A DNA stretch of 64,000 nucleotides from Escherichia phage P896. A program made the translations under genes and the position numbers. The notes under the pieces are model-generated. The model had not been told where the DNA came from and did not search any database. It was given only the letters and a program-made list of their open reading frames with translations. Below, piece after piece: positions 56,078 to 64,000 of the stretch. The number at the start of each line of letters is the position of its first letter. The stretch's first letter is position 1. Location: sequence record OL451225.1. The stretch is one strand, 5' to 3'.

Positions 56078-56503
56078 TTATTTTTGAGCTTTGCGGAAGT
56101 TGGATGCATATGACTGAACAACAGTCTTTTTGATATCATGGGTGGTAACCAGAACATCAATCAGAGCGCGACGAGCTGCATTATCATTCATATCAATTTC
56201 TGCAAATGCCTGGAAGCAAATGTCACGAGCGTTACCAGATTTGGACTGGATTTTTTCTTCTTTAACTTCTTCAATTGGGAATTCAATCATTTCAGCTTGG
56301 ATTAATTCAATGATAGATTCTTTTGACTGTTTGGTGTTTACCTTCAGTTCAGAATTAAGGGACTTGGCGATGGCAACAATCTGGGTTGAAGTCAGATGAA
56401 TAAGTGCATCTTCACGAATGCAGATTTCACATACTTCGTCAGCAACCATTTTGTTAGTGATGCGGGTAACAGAGAATGCAGAGGTCAGGGTCAGGAAGTT
56501 CAT
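56078..56503 (-). CDS. Hypothetical protein (141 aa), shared C-terminal domain with 55182..55625
   Basis: C-terminus NDNAARRALIDVLVTTHDIKKTVVQSYASNFRKAQK. Confidence 0.55.
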   Translation of the reverse strand: MNFLTLTSAFSVTRITNKMVADEVCEICIREDALIHLTSTQIVAIAKSLNSELKVNTKQSKESIIELIQAEMIEFPIEEVKEEKIQSKSGNARDICFQAFAEIDMNDNAARRALIDVLVTTHDIKKTVVQSYASNFRKAQK

Positions 56504-56600
56504 TTTATTTCTCCAAAGTTTTGTTTTGATTCAGTGTGTAACTCAGTATGGAATCATTATGCACCCGGTCAATCCGGATGTACACTACTTTTTGAAGAAA
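56504..56600 (-). promoter_or_regulatory. T4-type early promoter + leader (family B)
   Basis: Minus GTAGTGTACATCCGGATTGACCGGGTGCATAATGATTCCATACTGAGTTACACACTGAATC. Confidence 0.6.
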
Positions 56601-56623
56601 ATTTCAAATTTATTCGGGGTATA

Positions 56624-56660
56624 AAAAAACCCCAACCTTTCGGAAGGGGCCATACCTTGT
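56624..56660 (-). terminator. Rho-independent terminator
   Basis: Minus GGCCCCTTCCGAAAGGTTGGGGTTTTTTT (interrupted stem + T7 run). Confidence 0.6.
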
Positions 56661-56688
56661 CGGGGTTCCACCTGCAAGGCAAGTGTTC

Positions 56689-57072
56689 TTATCCGCGAGC
56701 AAAGGCCATTGCAGCGCGTTCGTTGGCACGGTCAGTGATGTTCAAGAATTTATCACGAGCGATTTCGATTGGAGCACCAACCCAGTCAGCGGCACCATTA
56801 CCTGGAGACTGTTTAGGACGAACCATATAAGTTGAAACTTTGGAACCAGCTAGTTTAGCACCAGGTGCTGCTGCGTTTTTAACATCTTTAGCTTTGATGC
56901 CAAACCCAGTTACGATACCCCAAGAAACGCCATTAACTGGTTTCTTGAACATAACACGGTCACCAATTGAAACACCGGCTTTTTCTGGAGCCACTAAAGA
57001 AAATTTGCCAGCTTCAGTCAGTACGGATTCGGTGATGGTATTGCGATTTAAAAATTCTGCATATGTAAGCAT
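56689..57072 (-). CDS. Internal-protein-like late protein with variant CTS (127 aa)
   Basis: N-terminus MLTYAEFLNRN resembles MKTYQEFI CTS; TATAAATA late promoter ~35 nt upstream. Confidence 0.55.
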   Translation of the reverse strand: MLTYAEFLNRNTITESVLTEAGKFSLVAPEKAGVSIGDRVMFKKPVNGVSWGIVTGFGIKAKDVKNAAAPGAKLAGSKVSTYMVRPKQSPGNGAADWVGAPIEIARDKFLNITDRANERAAMAFARG

Positions 57073-57103
57073 TTTGTTTTTCCATTATTAGGGTTGTTGT
57101 TAA

Positions 57104-57111
57104 TATTTATA
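57104..57111 (-). promoter_or_regulatory. T4-type late promoter (TATAAATA)
   Basis: Plus tatttata = minus TATAAATA upstream of 56689..57072. Confidence 0.55.
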
Positions 57112-57114
57112 TTC

Positions 57115-57300
57115 CATAGTACCGGATGCACCATCCGCTCGGATTTCTCATACTACCGGACGCACCGTCCGCTCTGGAAAAACTCCGTAAAAGGGTGCGC
57201 CGTTTCTGCTGTGATATAAGGGGACATCAACAAATCGTAAAGATTTATTAATGCCAGTCCTTAAACAGGGAACATCAGTCCGACGACTTACCGGTAGCGA
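57115..57300 (-). ncRNA. Candidate structured small RNA region downstream of tRNA-Arg (cf. T4 stable RNA species C/D)
   Basis: Non-coding; tandem near-identical hairpins CGGATG-CAC-CATCCG (57123-57137) and CGGACG-CAC-CGTCCG (57157-57171). Confidence 0.3.
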
Positions 57301-57309
57301 CCCGGTTTC

Positions 57310-57549
57310 TCATTCAATTGTAATAGCTAATTTGACTTTAACAACCTTATAATTGGAATCAAGGTCATTGAATTCCATAAAATTTGTTGCTAATCTGCGA
57401 GTCGGGAAACTTAGATATTTATTATGCTCAGGTGGAGCAGTTAATGCAAACCATGGGACTTGTTTATCATTTTCATCAAACTCATCAAAGCTATAAACCA
57501 GCTCGTTGCTGGTTATATCCATAACTGCATATGATTCACTAATAACCAT
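57310..57549 (-). CDS. Hypothetical acidic protein (~79 aa)
   Basis: Start set at MVISESYAVMD so as not to overlap tRNA-Arg. Confidence 0.45.
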   Translation of the reverse strand: MVISESYAVMDITSNELVYSFDEFDENDKQVPWFALTAPPEHNKYLSFPTRRLATNFMEFNDLDSNYKVVKVKLAITIE

Positions 57550-57564
57550 AATATCCTCAGTAAT

Positions 57565-57641
57565 TGGTCGGGGTGGTGGGATTCTAACCCACAACCTACG
57601 GTTTAGAAGACCGTTGCTCTATACAATTAAGCTACACCCCG
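57565..57641 (-). tRNA. tRNA-Arg (anticodon TCT), CCA encoded
   Basis: Cloverleaf read by eye: acceptor CGGGGTG/CACCCCG, anticodon arm ACGGT-CTTCTAA-ACCGT, T arm GTGGG-TTAGAAT-CCCAC. Confidence 0.7.
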
Positions 57642-57643
57642 GG

Positions 57644-57717
57644 TGGCCCCATCCGGACTTGAACCGGAAACCTGCCAGTTATGAGCCGGATGCTCTAACC
57701 AATTGAGCTACAGGGCC
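57644..57717 (-). tRNA. tRNA with CAT anticodon (Ile-lysidine type as in T4, or Met)
   Basis: Acceptor GGCCCTG/TGGGGCC, D arm GCTC-AATTGGTTA-GAGC, anticodon loop CTCATAA, T arm TCCGG-TTCAAGT-CCGGA; directly abuts tRNA-Arg. Confidence 0.8.
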
Positions 57718-57722
57718 TAAAA

Positions 57723-57998
57723 TTAAATTACAAATCCAGCGGGAGCATTATCATCTTTAGCCATATGCTGAATTGTATGATAAGTCATTTCTTCTGGTGC
57801 AACCAGATAAGCCGCCGTATTAACCAACGGGATTAATTTGACTTTATTGAATGTTGAACAACCAATTGACATAAAGGTTTCGCCTGTTGGATGCTGAATT
57901 TCGCCAAATTGACACTCATACGAAATAGAGCAACGTTTGGTAGTGGTTGTCTTTGTTTTAGGGTCATAAAAAGCTAATTTTAATACTAACATAAACAC
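57723..57998 (-). CDS. Hypothetical protein (91 aa)
   Basis: ORF track; immediately upstream of tRNAs. Confidence 0.45.
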   Translation of the reverse strand: MFMLVLKLAFYDPKTKTTTTKRCSISYECQFGEIQHPTGETFMSIGCSTFNKVKLIPLVNTAAYLVAPEEMTYHTIQHMAKDDNAPAGFVI

Positions 57999-58113
57999 CT
58001 CAAGTAAAATTAAGTAAAGTAAGTTTGATTAATAGCACATGCTATTATGAAAGGTTCTTTGAGGGAAGAACCTTTGGTAATAGAGGGTACTTATTAATAA
58101 TAACGCGTTTTTG

Positions 58114-58590
58114 TTAAAGCATATCAAGCGCTTTAACAGATGGGATTCGGATTTCTTCTTCGATTATATATAGCTTAACATAAGAAATTACACGCATGAA
58201 ATCGCCATCATATTCGCAAGCCATACCAAGGAGCTCAGTAAGGGATTCATTCAGGTAGTATGCTTCTTCATCATCATTCAGCAATGCATCTAAATCTTCT
58301 ACACCCAGAACCTTACTTAAAAATTCATGGGTTAACTGGCCAGATTTTACGCCAGATGCAATGTGGGCAATAACCAAGTGTTTAACCACATCCCATTCTG
58401 AATTACCACATTTATTGCGGTTGTTACAATGTGAACCATGGAAAAGTTCCAGGATATATTTGTACTGTTGGATTTCTTGTTCTTCTACGCCAAATACCGT
58501 TTGGGTTTTATAGTTGTCACCATCATTTTCCCAGGTTTCAATTTCAATCACATAACCTTTAGGGATGGTCTGACCAAATTTAATATTCAT
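58114..58590 (-). CDS. Hypothetical protein (158 aa)
   Basis: ORF track. Confidence 0.55.
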   Translation of the reverse strand: MNIKFGQTIPKGYVIEIETWENDGDNYKTQTVFGVEEQEIQQYKYILELFHGSHCNNRNKCGNSEWDVVKHLVIAHIASGVKSGQLTHEFLSKVLGVEDLDALLNDDEEAYYLNESLTELLGMACEYDGDFMRVISYVKLYIIEEEIRIPSVKALDML

Positions 58591-58592
58591 AA

Positions 58593-59021
58593 TCAGCCCT
58601 CATCAACAATAGTATGTGTATTGGCATTAACAATCTGCCACCAGTCAAAACGGTTGGAACCATAACAAGACTTCTTCTCGTTTTCTTTAATGATATCACG
58701 CAGTTCATCTTCAGTCGCAGCTTTTGCAATTAAGTCAGCATAACCGCCACGAGGATAATAGTTATCACCAGCAAAGAGCAAAAAGTTTGTTTTGATATTC
58801 TTGAATTCTTCAAGAGTAATAACTGTTCCACCAGGTTGAACAATATCTACATAACTATACCCTAATTTTTGAGCTTCATCTACCGCTTCAAGCAGGGTGT
58901 CATGTGCCCACCCAATTTGACAATCTGGTTTTTCAGATGGATTTGCCTGATAATCCGCATACACTTTATACATTTTACTCACCTTTAGAGATTTTATCCA
59001 TAACGAAAGAGATTGAACCAA
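58593..59021 (-). CDS. Hypothetical protein (142 aa or shorter from MYKVYADY)
   Basis: ORF track. Confidence 0.5.
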   Translation of the reverse strand: MVQSLSLWIKSLKVSKMYKVYADYQANPSEKPDCQIGWAHDTLLEAVDEAQKLGYSYVDIVQPGGTVITLEEFKNIKTNFLLFAGDNYYPRGGYADLIAKAATEDELRDIIKENEKKSCYGSNRFDWWQIVNANTHTIVDEG

Positions 59022-59160
59022 TTAAAAATGCAACTACTAAAGAGATTATATTCTCAGAAGTTGAAAGCATATTCAACATAAAGCCAGCAAACATGCTAAA
59101 ACCAAAAGCGGTAACAGCAACAAAGGCAGTAACATTTCTAATTAATTCGCAACGTTTCAT
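58975..59160 (-). CDS. Small membrane protein (61 aa)
   Basis: Start at MKRCELI; upstream track extension is promoter-leader read-through; two TM helices. Confidence 0.5.
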   Translation of the reverse strand: MKRCELIRNVTAFVAVTAFGFSMFAGFMLNMLSTSENIISLVVAFLIGSISFVMDKISKGE

Positions 59161-59217
59161 TTTATTCTCCTCAGTAGTTGATGGGATAATCATACTACAG
59201 TTATCCCATCACGTACA
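59161..59217 (-). promoter_or_regulatory. T4-type early promoter + leader (family A)
   Basis: Minus GTGTACGTGATGGGATAACTGTAGTATGATTATCCCATCAACTACTGAGGAGAATAAAATG. Confidence 0.6.
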
Positions 59218-59496
59218 CTAAATTTTTGTATATTGTCCAGCTTTAACTTTTTTCAGTTCACGAGGGCTTACCGCGTAAGTGAATGGAGCATTCCAGGAAG
59301 AACTGACTTTGTAACCTTTAGTCAACATCATTGCTGAAACTTTCTTGTTATCAGGACCGTTTTCGCCTTTAACAAGAAACAACTCAAATGCGCCCCCATC
59401 AACCGGTTTGGCCTTAACCATCAGATGTCCTTTCAGGTCTTCCAGCATATCCGGGTGACTAATTGATTCGTTAATAAATTCTTGATAAGTTTTCAT
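59218..59496 (-). CDS. Internal head protein (CTS), 92 aa
   Basis: N-terminus MKTYQEFINES. Confidence 0.65.
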   Translation of the reverse strand: MKTYQEFINESISHPDMLEDLKGHLMVKAKPVDGGAFELFLVKGENGPDNKKVSAMMLTKGYKVSSSWNAPFTYAVSPRELKKVKAGQYTKI

Positions 59497-59551
59497 TAGT
59501 AGCTCCAGTAGTTGATGGGATAATTATACTGCAACTATCCCATCGTGTACA
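59497..59551 (-). promoter_or_regulatory. T4-type early promoter + leader (family A)
   Basis: Minus ATGTACACGATGGGATAGTTGCAGTATAATTATCCCATCAACTACTGGAGCTACTAATG. Confidence 0.6.
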
Positions 59552-59851
59552 TTACATTTTTGAACCACGAATTACACCATAAGCGGCGAAGTCGTCAGAA
59601 ATATCTTTAGGTGAGTTCTTACCAGTTTCAATGAAGGCAATGCTTGACTTCTGACTAAAAGAGGTAATTTTGTTATAGTTGGAGTCAAGGAAGGTATAAC
59701 CATTTTTGCGTAGCTGGTCAAAGTCTTCAGCGTCGCCTTTGCCTTTGAAGTCAACCCATTTGTAGGTGTTTTTCTTCTGAAGACCCAGAGGCCAGGTTTT
59801 TGCTTCTGCCAGGTAATTGTTTTCTACCAAAAATTCATGAAAAGTTTGCAT
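59552..59851 (-). CDS. Internal-protein-like (variant CTS MQTFHEFLVEN), 99 aa
   Basis: Shares DAEDFDQLRKNGYTF motif with 45292..45555. Confidence 0.55.
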   Translation of the reverse strand: MQTFHEFLVENNYLAEAKTWPLGLQKKNTYKWVDFKGKGDAEDFDQLRKNGYTFLDSNYNKITSFSQKSSIAFIETGKNSPKDISDDFAAYGVIRGSKM

Positions 59852-59859
59852 TTGAAATC

Positions 59860-60132
59860 CTATTTTAGATAAATTGCATATTTTTTATAACCAGCTGTCT
59901 CATGACGGAGACCCTTGTCATTGGCAAAACGCTCAATGTTATTAATTTGGTTCTGGTCAAGTTCTGAAATGTCAAACGCGAAAAAGTTGCGTTTGTTACC
60001 AATTGTTATATGGTCAGTCAAGTCAATGCTATACAGGTGATTGATATTGTCAATCATAGCTTTGACTGCTTTACTAATTTTTACTTCTTCATTCAGTTGG
60101 GACTCGTTGAAAAGTTCATTGAAAGTTTTCAT
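59860..60132 (-). CDS. Internal-protein-like (CTS MKTFNELFNES), 90 aa
   Basis: CTS-like N-terminus. Confidence 0.55.
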   Translation of the reverse strand: MKTFNELFNESQLNEEVKISKAVKAMIDNINHLYSIDLTDHITIGNKRNFFAFDISELDQNQINNIERFANDKGLRHETAGYKKYAIYLK

Positions 60133-60140
60133 AAGAAACC

Positions 60141-60473
60141 TTATTTATATAGTTTTGCCAGTTCTTTACGTCCGCGAGCAGACATAATAAATTGTTCATC
60201 GCCAATTTTAAAATAAGCCATACCACCGTCAACAGCGATACCAATTTCTTTAGTACCTTCTTTGCCTTTCCACTTGCCACCAGATTTCAGAACAGCTTCA
60301 ACTGCAGCTTTGGAATATTTGGACGTTTGAAAACGTTCATTACCAATCTGAAAGAAAACACCATCTGCATTTTTGGTTAAACCAAATTTCAGAGAGCCTT
60401 CACTATCATCAATTGATTTGGTCTCATTGATGGCGGATTCGGCTAAAAACTCGTTGTAAGTTTTGATGTTCAT
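60141..60473 (-). CDS. Internal protein I-like (CTS MNIKTYNEFLAES), ~110 aa
   Basis: CTS-like N-terminus; adjacent to 57B as T4 ipI. Confidence 0.6.
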   Translation of the reverse strand: MNIKTYNEFLAESAINETKSIDDSEGSLKFGLTKNADGVFFQIGNERFQTSKYSKAAVEAVLKSGGKWKGKEGTKEIGIAVDGGMAYFKIGDEQFIMSARGRKELAKLYK

Positions 60474-60533
60474 ATTAACTCCGTTTGTTCGTTGGTGTAG
60501 GAACATAATACTGCGCCTACACTCATTTGTACA
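60474..60533 (-). promoter_or_regulatory. T4-type early promoter + leader (variant)
   Basis: Minus GTAGTGTACAAATGAGTGTAGGCGCAGTATTATGTTCCTACACC. Confidence 0.45.
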
Positions 60534-61218
<685 letters not shown>

Positions 61219-61219
<1 letters not shown>

Positions 61220-61896
61220 TATATTACCTTATTAATTTTATCAAAAAGTTCATCGAGTGTGCCATCGTTTTTAATAACAATGTCACTAGCTAGTGGTGGA
61301 AGTCCAGCTTCCGTAATGTGTGTATCAGTAGAATGATTTGCTTCATCGCGTTCTACAAAGATTATTGTAGCACCCATCGCCCGAAGCGAATCAAGTTCGT
61401 TCTTTTGGCGAACATCTGGGACAACGTAATATTTATATCCAGAATAGAGGTTGTCAAGATAGTCGCATGCAAAAGTTTTAATCCAAAACATGCTGTCGAA
61501 CTCTGTACAAACGATGTCAGTTCCAAGGGTCTGCATGAAACGTCTAACTGTCCAGGGCTCAACATTATTTAGTGTGTGAAATTCAATAATTTTACGAACC
61601 ATATCTGGATTCGGAAGGTCAAGATTATATTGTTGTTTCAACCATTCAAGAGCATCAACCAGAAGAATATAAGCTTCGGTGTTGTTCATTATCAAGGTTT
61701 TTTCACGGTCATAACCTTGCCCGTCAAAATTTTCCAGGGTCAAATTGTGTGGCAGGTCTTGACGAATCCACGCTTTATAAAGCGCTTCTTTAATCGGACC
61801 AGCAAGCTGCCACTTTGTTCCATTTTGACTAATAACATAATCAGCAGTCGTATCTTTACCGCTGCGTTTTTTACCCACAATCGCAATTAATTTCAT
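61219..61896 (-). CDS. 1: Deoxynucleoside monophosphate kinase gp1
   Basis: 225 aa; P-loop GKKRSGKDTTAD as T4 gp1. Confidence 0.9.
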
Positions 61897-62492
61897 ACGT
61901 TTCTCATAGATGGATGCATTGACTTAGACCTGATTTCCTGTTGCATTGCTGCATTACTATCAATCTGTGGTCTACCTTCTATTATTATACCATCAATTTC
62001 TACAGCAAAAGACTTAAAGTTAAAAGTTGCTGTTGCATTGATAGCCGGGTCAGAATCTTCTTTATACGAATACTGAATCTCTGACAGGTCGGACGGCCAT
62101 GCTCCATAGTAATGGATTGACATGACAATTTTGTCCTTGTTGTTATCTAAGATATGAAGCGTGACCGCTTCGGGACGACCCTTCGGATGCCATGCTTTTG
62201 ATTCGTGTGTGATGTAGTTGTTGAGCGAGAGCATCCATTTATAGATGTCAAGCCATGCTCTTAGGTCTTTGTCACACAGAAAGTTAACAATCAGGGGGTC
62301 GAATTCTATTGTACTACCAGGAAGACTGGAGCGATTTATACCTTGTGTTCCCCCAGGGACATCCGTTACAGGAATGTGAACTCCAGGGAGGGTAACGTCT
62401 TGAACGTTTAGTTTAAAGGTCTGTGTGAGGTTTGAATCGCTTACCTCTAATATAAAGTTAGTCGTGTTAGTTTGATTATATAAACCTGACAT
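61893..62492 (-). CDS. 3: Tail completion/sheath stabiliser gp3
   Basis: Start at MSGLYNQTN; synteny 1-3-2-4. Confidence 0.75.
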   Translation of the reverse strand: MSGLYNQTNTTNFILEVSDSNLTQTFKLNVQDVTLPGVHIPVTDVPGGTQGINRSSLPGSTIEFDPLIVNFLCDKDLRAWLDIYKWMLSLNNYITHESKAWHPKGRPEAVTLHILDNNKDKIVMSIHYYGAWPSDLSEIQYSYKEDSDPAINATATFNFKSFAVEIDGIIIEGRPQIDSNAAMQQEIRSKSMHPSMRNV

Positions 62493-62577
62493 AATGCACC
62501 TTGTTTGCTTTAAAACAATCAGTGTTATAATGGTTCTAGACCTTTTGTCCTTACAAATAACACTGACCGATAATAGA

Positions 62578-63402
62578 TTATGAATTTCTCCATACTTTCT
62601 GGGAAGAGAATCTTTTGCCTTTCGACATAAATTGTTGCAATGGAAGCATAACAACGTTTGCCCAGTCGCTGGGCTTGATTTCAGTAATAGTACCTTTTAT
62701 ATTGCCAGGTATATATGCTTTAATCATCTGGTCAGCCCCTTTAAATCCCTTCACCTTTGACCAATCAATTTTCAGATGAGTCTTGTTCGTAATCGTAGGA
62801 GTATTAGCATATTGCTTAAGAAGTTCCTCAAGGAATTCTTGACGTGCCTTTGGTGGAATATAGTGCAAGTTCAAACCATACATCAAATTGTGCTTACCTA
62901 GTCCAAGATAAATGATTAACGGGTATTTGTCCCAGTACGGAAGAGTATCCTTATGCTTTGCATCATAGATATAAGCATAAATCTTACCTGGTTGAGGTTT
63001 AGCCGTTACGTGGCCACGAACTGATTTCTTAATTGTCTCGGCGAACCATCTGGCAGATTTGGTGTTGCTTGCAGCACCTTCGTTAGCAATCTTATCTCTT
63101 ATGCTCTTCCTAAAACTATTCACCATTATCAGCTGGCGTTCAGCCTTCGTAAGTTTACCAGCAGGTTTCTTTTTGAGCTTGGATACTTTATAAGCAGTCT
63201 GAATTCTCGAATGGTATCTTGACATGCTTTTGGTAAAGGTCGAATAGTTGATTCCTTTCTCTTCAGCAAACTTCTTCGAGGTCATTCCCTTTTCTTTTGC
63301 TGTATAAAATTCAACCCCTATCTCAACCCATTGTTGTTCGGATTTACTGGGTTTCGGACCCGGTTTATCTGCAGATTCATTGATAAATGTAAAAATACTC
63401 AT
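62578..63402 (-). CDS. 2: DNA end-protector protein gp2
   Basis: 274 aa from MSIFTF (same length as T4 gp2); ATGA overlap with gene 4 stop. Confidence 0.85.
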   Translation of the reverse strand: MSIFTFINESADKPGPKPSKSEQQWVEIGVEFYTAKEKGMTSKKFAEEKGINYSTFTKSMSRYHSRIQTAYKVSKLKKKPAGKLTKAERQLIMVNSFRKSIRDKIANEGAASNTKSARWFAETIKKSVRGHVTAKPQPGKIYAYIYDAKHKDTLPYWDKYPLIIYLGLGKHNLMYGLNLHYIPPKARQEFLEELLKQYANTPTITNKTHLKIDWSKVKGFKGADQMIKAYIPGNIKGTITEIKPSDWANVVMLPLQQFMSKGKRFSSQKVWRNS

Positions 63403-63848
63403 CCTTTCCATCCTAATTTTTTCAGTGAGTTTTCAGTGATTATCCTGAACGTTATACCCATCTTATCAGCTGTAGCTTGCGCAGCTTTCCATTTGTCAGA
63501 GTTAACGCTCCAGGTGTACATCTCATTAATAAATCTCTTTTTACTCGCAGTGGTATTATTGGCCGGTTTGGTTGGGGGTCTTGTTTCTTTTAATGGCTTA
63601 ACTTCGAAAAAGAACTGTTGCCCCGTATCGAACTTAACCCAGAAATCCATATAATATCTGCGTTTTTTCCCTTCAGCGTTGCAGAAGTATGGAATAATCA
63701 CAGTCTCAGAACCCCATTGAACAACGTTCGGATGGTTGTCGAGCCATCTCATCAGCCACGCCTCCCAGCTTGACCGGTATTGTATTTTCTTCCAGTCGCC
63801 CTTATATTTTTCTATATTAGTGGGCTTGAATTTCCCGGAGTATGCCAT
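63399..63848 (-). CDS. 4: Head completion protein gp4
   Basis: 149 aa; synteny; GGAGG RBS. Confidence 0.88.
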   Translation of the reverse strand: MAYSGKFKPTNIEKYKGDWKKIQYRSSWEAWLMRWLDNHPNVVQWGSETVIIPYFCNAEGKKRRYYMDFWVKFDTGQQFFFEVKPLKETRPPTKPANNTTASKKRFINEMYTWSVNSDKWKAAQATADKMGITFRIITENSLKKLGWKG

Positions 63849-63876
63849 ATAGCCTCCTAATAAATATTGATATACT

Positions 63877-63884
63877 TATTTATA
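63877..63884 (-). promoter_or_regulatory. T4-type late promoter (TATAAATA) for gene 4 in divergent 4/53 intergenic region
   Basis: Plus tatttata = minus TATAAATA ~29 nt upstream of gp4 ATG. Confidence 0.5.
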
Positions 63885-63896
63885 AATGGAGGCTTT

Positions 63897-64000
63897 ATGC
63901 TTTTTTCATTTTTTAACCCAATTGATTATGATGCGAAAACAATCAGAAAAAACTCGGCATCATTGACGAAAGAAGACGTCTTAAGCATTCCAATGACTGA
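63897..64000 (+). CDS. 53: Baseplate wedge protein gp53, N-terminal fragment (continues beyond window)
   Basis: Plus-strand ATG at 63897 with GGAGG RBS; MLFSFFNPIDYDAKT... resembles recalled T4 gp53 N-terminus; divergent from gene 4. Confidence 0.7.
   Translation, partial: MLFSFFNPIDYDAKTIRKNSASLTKEDVLSIPMT

Noticed and set aside
57310-57594. ORF-track entry 57310..57594 overlapping the 3' end of tRNA-Arg
   Set aside because: The first 15 codons would overlap the tRNA; start re-assigned to the internal Met at 57549, and the ORF itself is low confidence.
63881-63888. Plus-strand TATAAATG as late promoter for gene 53
   Set aside because: Imperfect match to TATAAATA and overlaps the gp53 RBS with essentially no leader; only the minus-strand TATAAATA for gene 4 was kept.

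Overview
This window is a T4-like (T-even, Tevenvirinae-type) myophage genome segment, AT-rich, with almost every gene on the minus strand, in the same order as the T4 early/middle replication and nucleotide-metabolism region. Recognised core genes, by similarity to T4 proteins recalled from memory (no database search was run): soc, 56 (dCTPase), 61 (primase), sp, dmd, 41, 40, uvsX, 43, regA, 62, 44, 45, rpbA, 46, 47, 55, nrdH, nrdG, nrdD, 49, nrdC, rI, tk, regB, denV, internal proteins, e, nudE, tRNA-Ile/Met(CAT) and tRNA-Arg(TCT), 57B (Acb1-type 2H phosphoesterase), 57A, 1, 3, 2, 4 and the start of 53 on the plus strand. Between these lie hyperplastic stretches (about 4.8-7.9 kb, 21-25 kb, 29-39 kb, 40.5-44.8 kb, 47.4-57 kb, 57.7-60.5 kb) packed with small ORFs, most preceded by one of two repeated T4-type early promoter/leader cassettes, often with a CCGAAG-type terminator hairpin. 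The candidates I would prioritise as possibly undescribed: (1) the 61-41 locus, which keeps sp and dmd but adds paralogous ORFs with a duplicated junction and a small ORF with a diphtheria-toxin-like YHGS motif; (2) a Pol-beta-type nucleotidyltransferase translationally coupled to a multi-TM protein; (3) a macrodomain protein in the tk-regB interval; (4) four tandem paralogs ending in W-V-S-S-S-x-x-C; (5) the absence of glucosyltransferase genes and gene 42 from their canonical slots. All functional calls rest on motif reading and recalled similarity, and most ORF coordinates come from the supplied ORF track with starts adjusted where a promoter leader had been read through.
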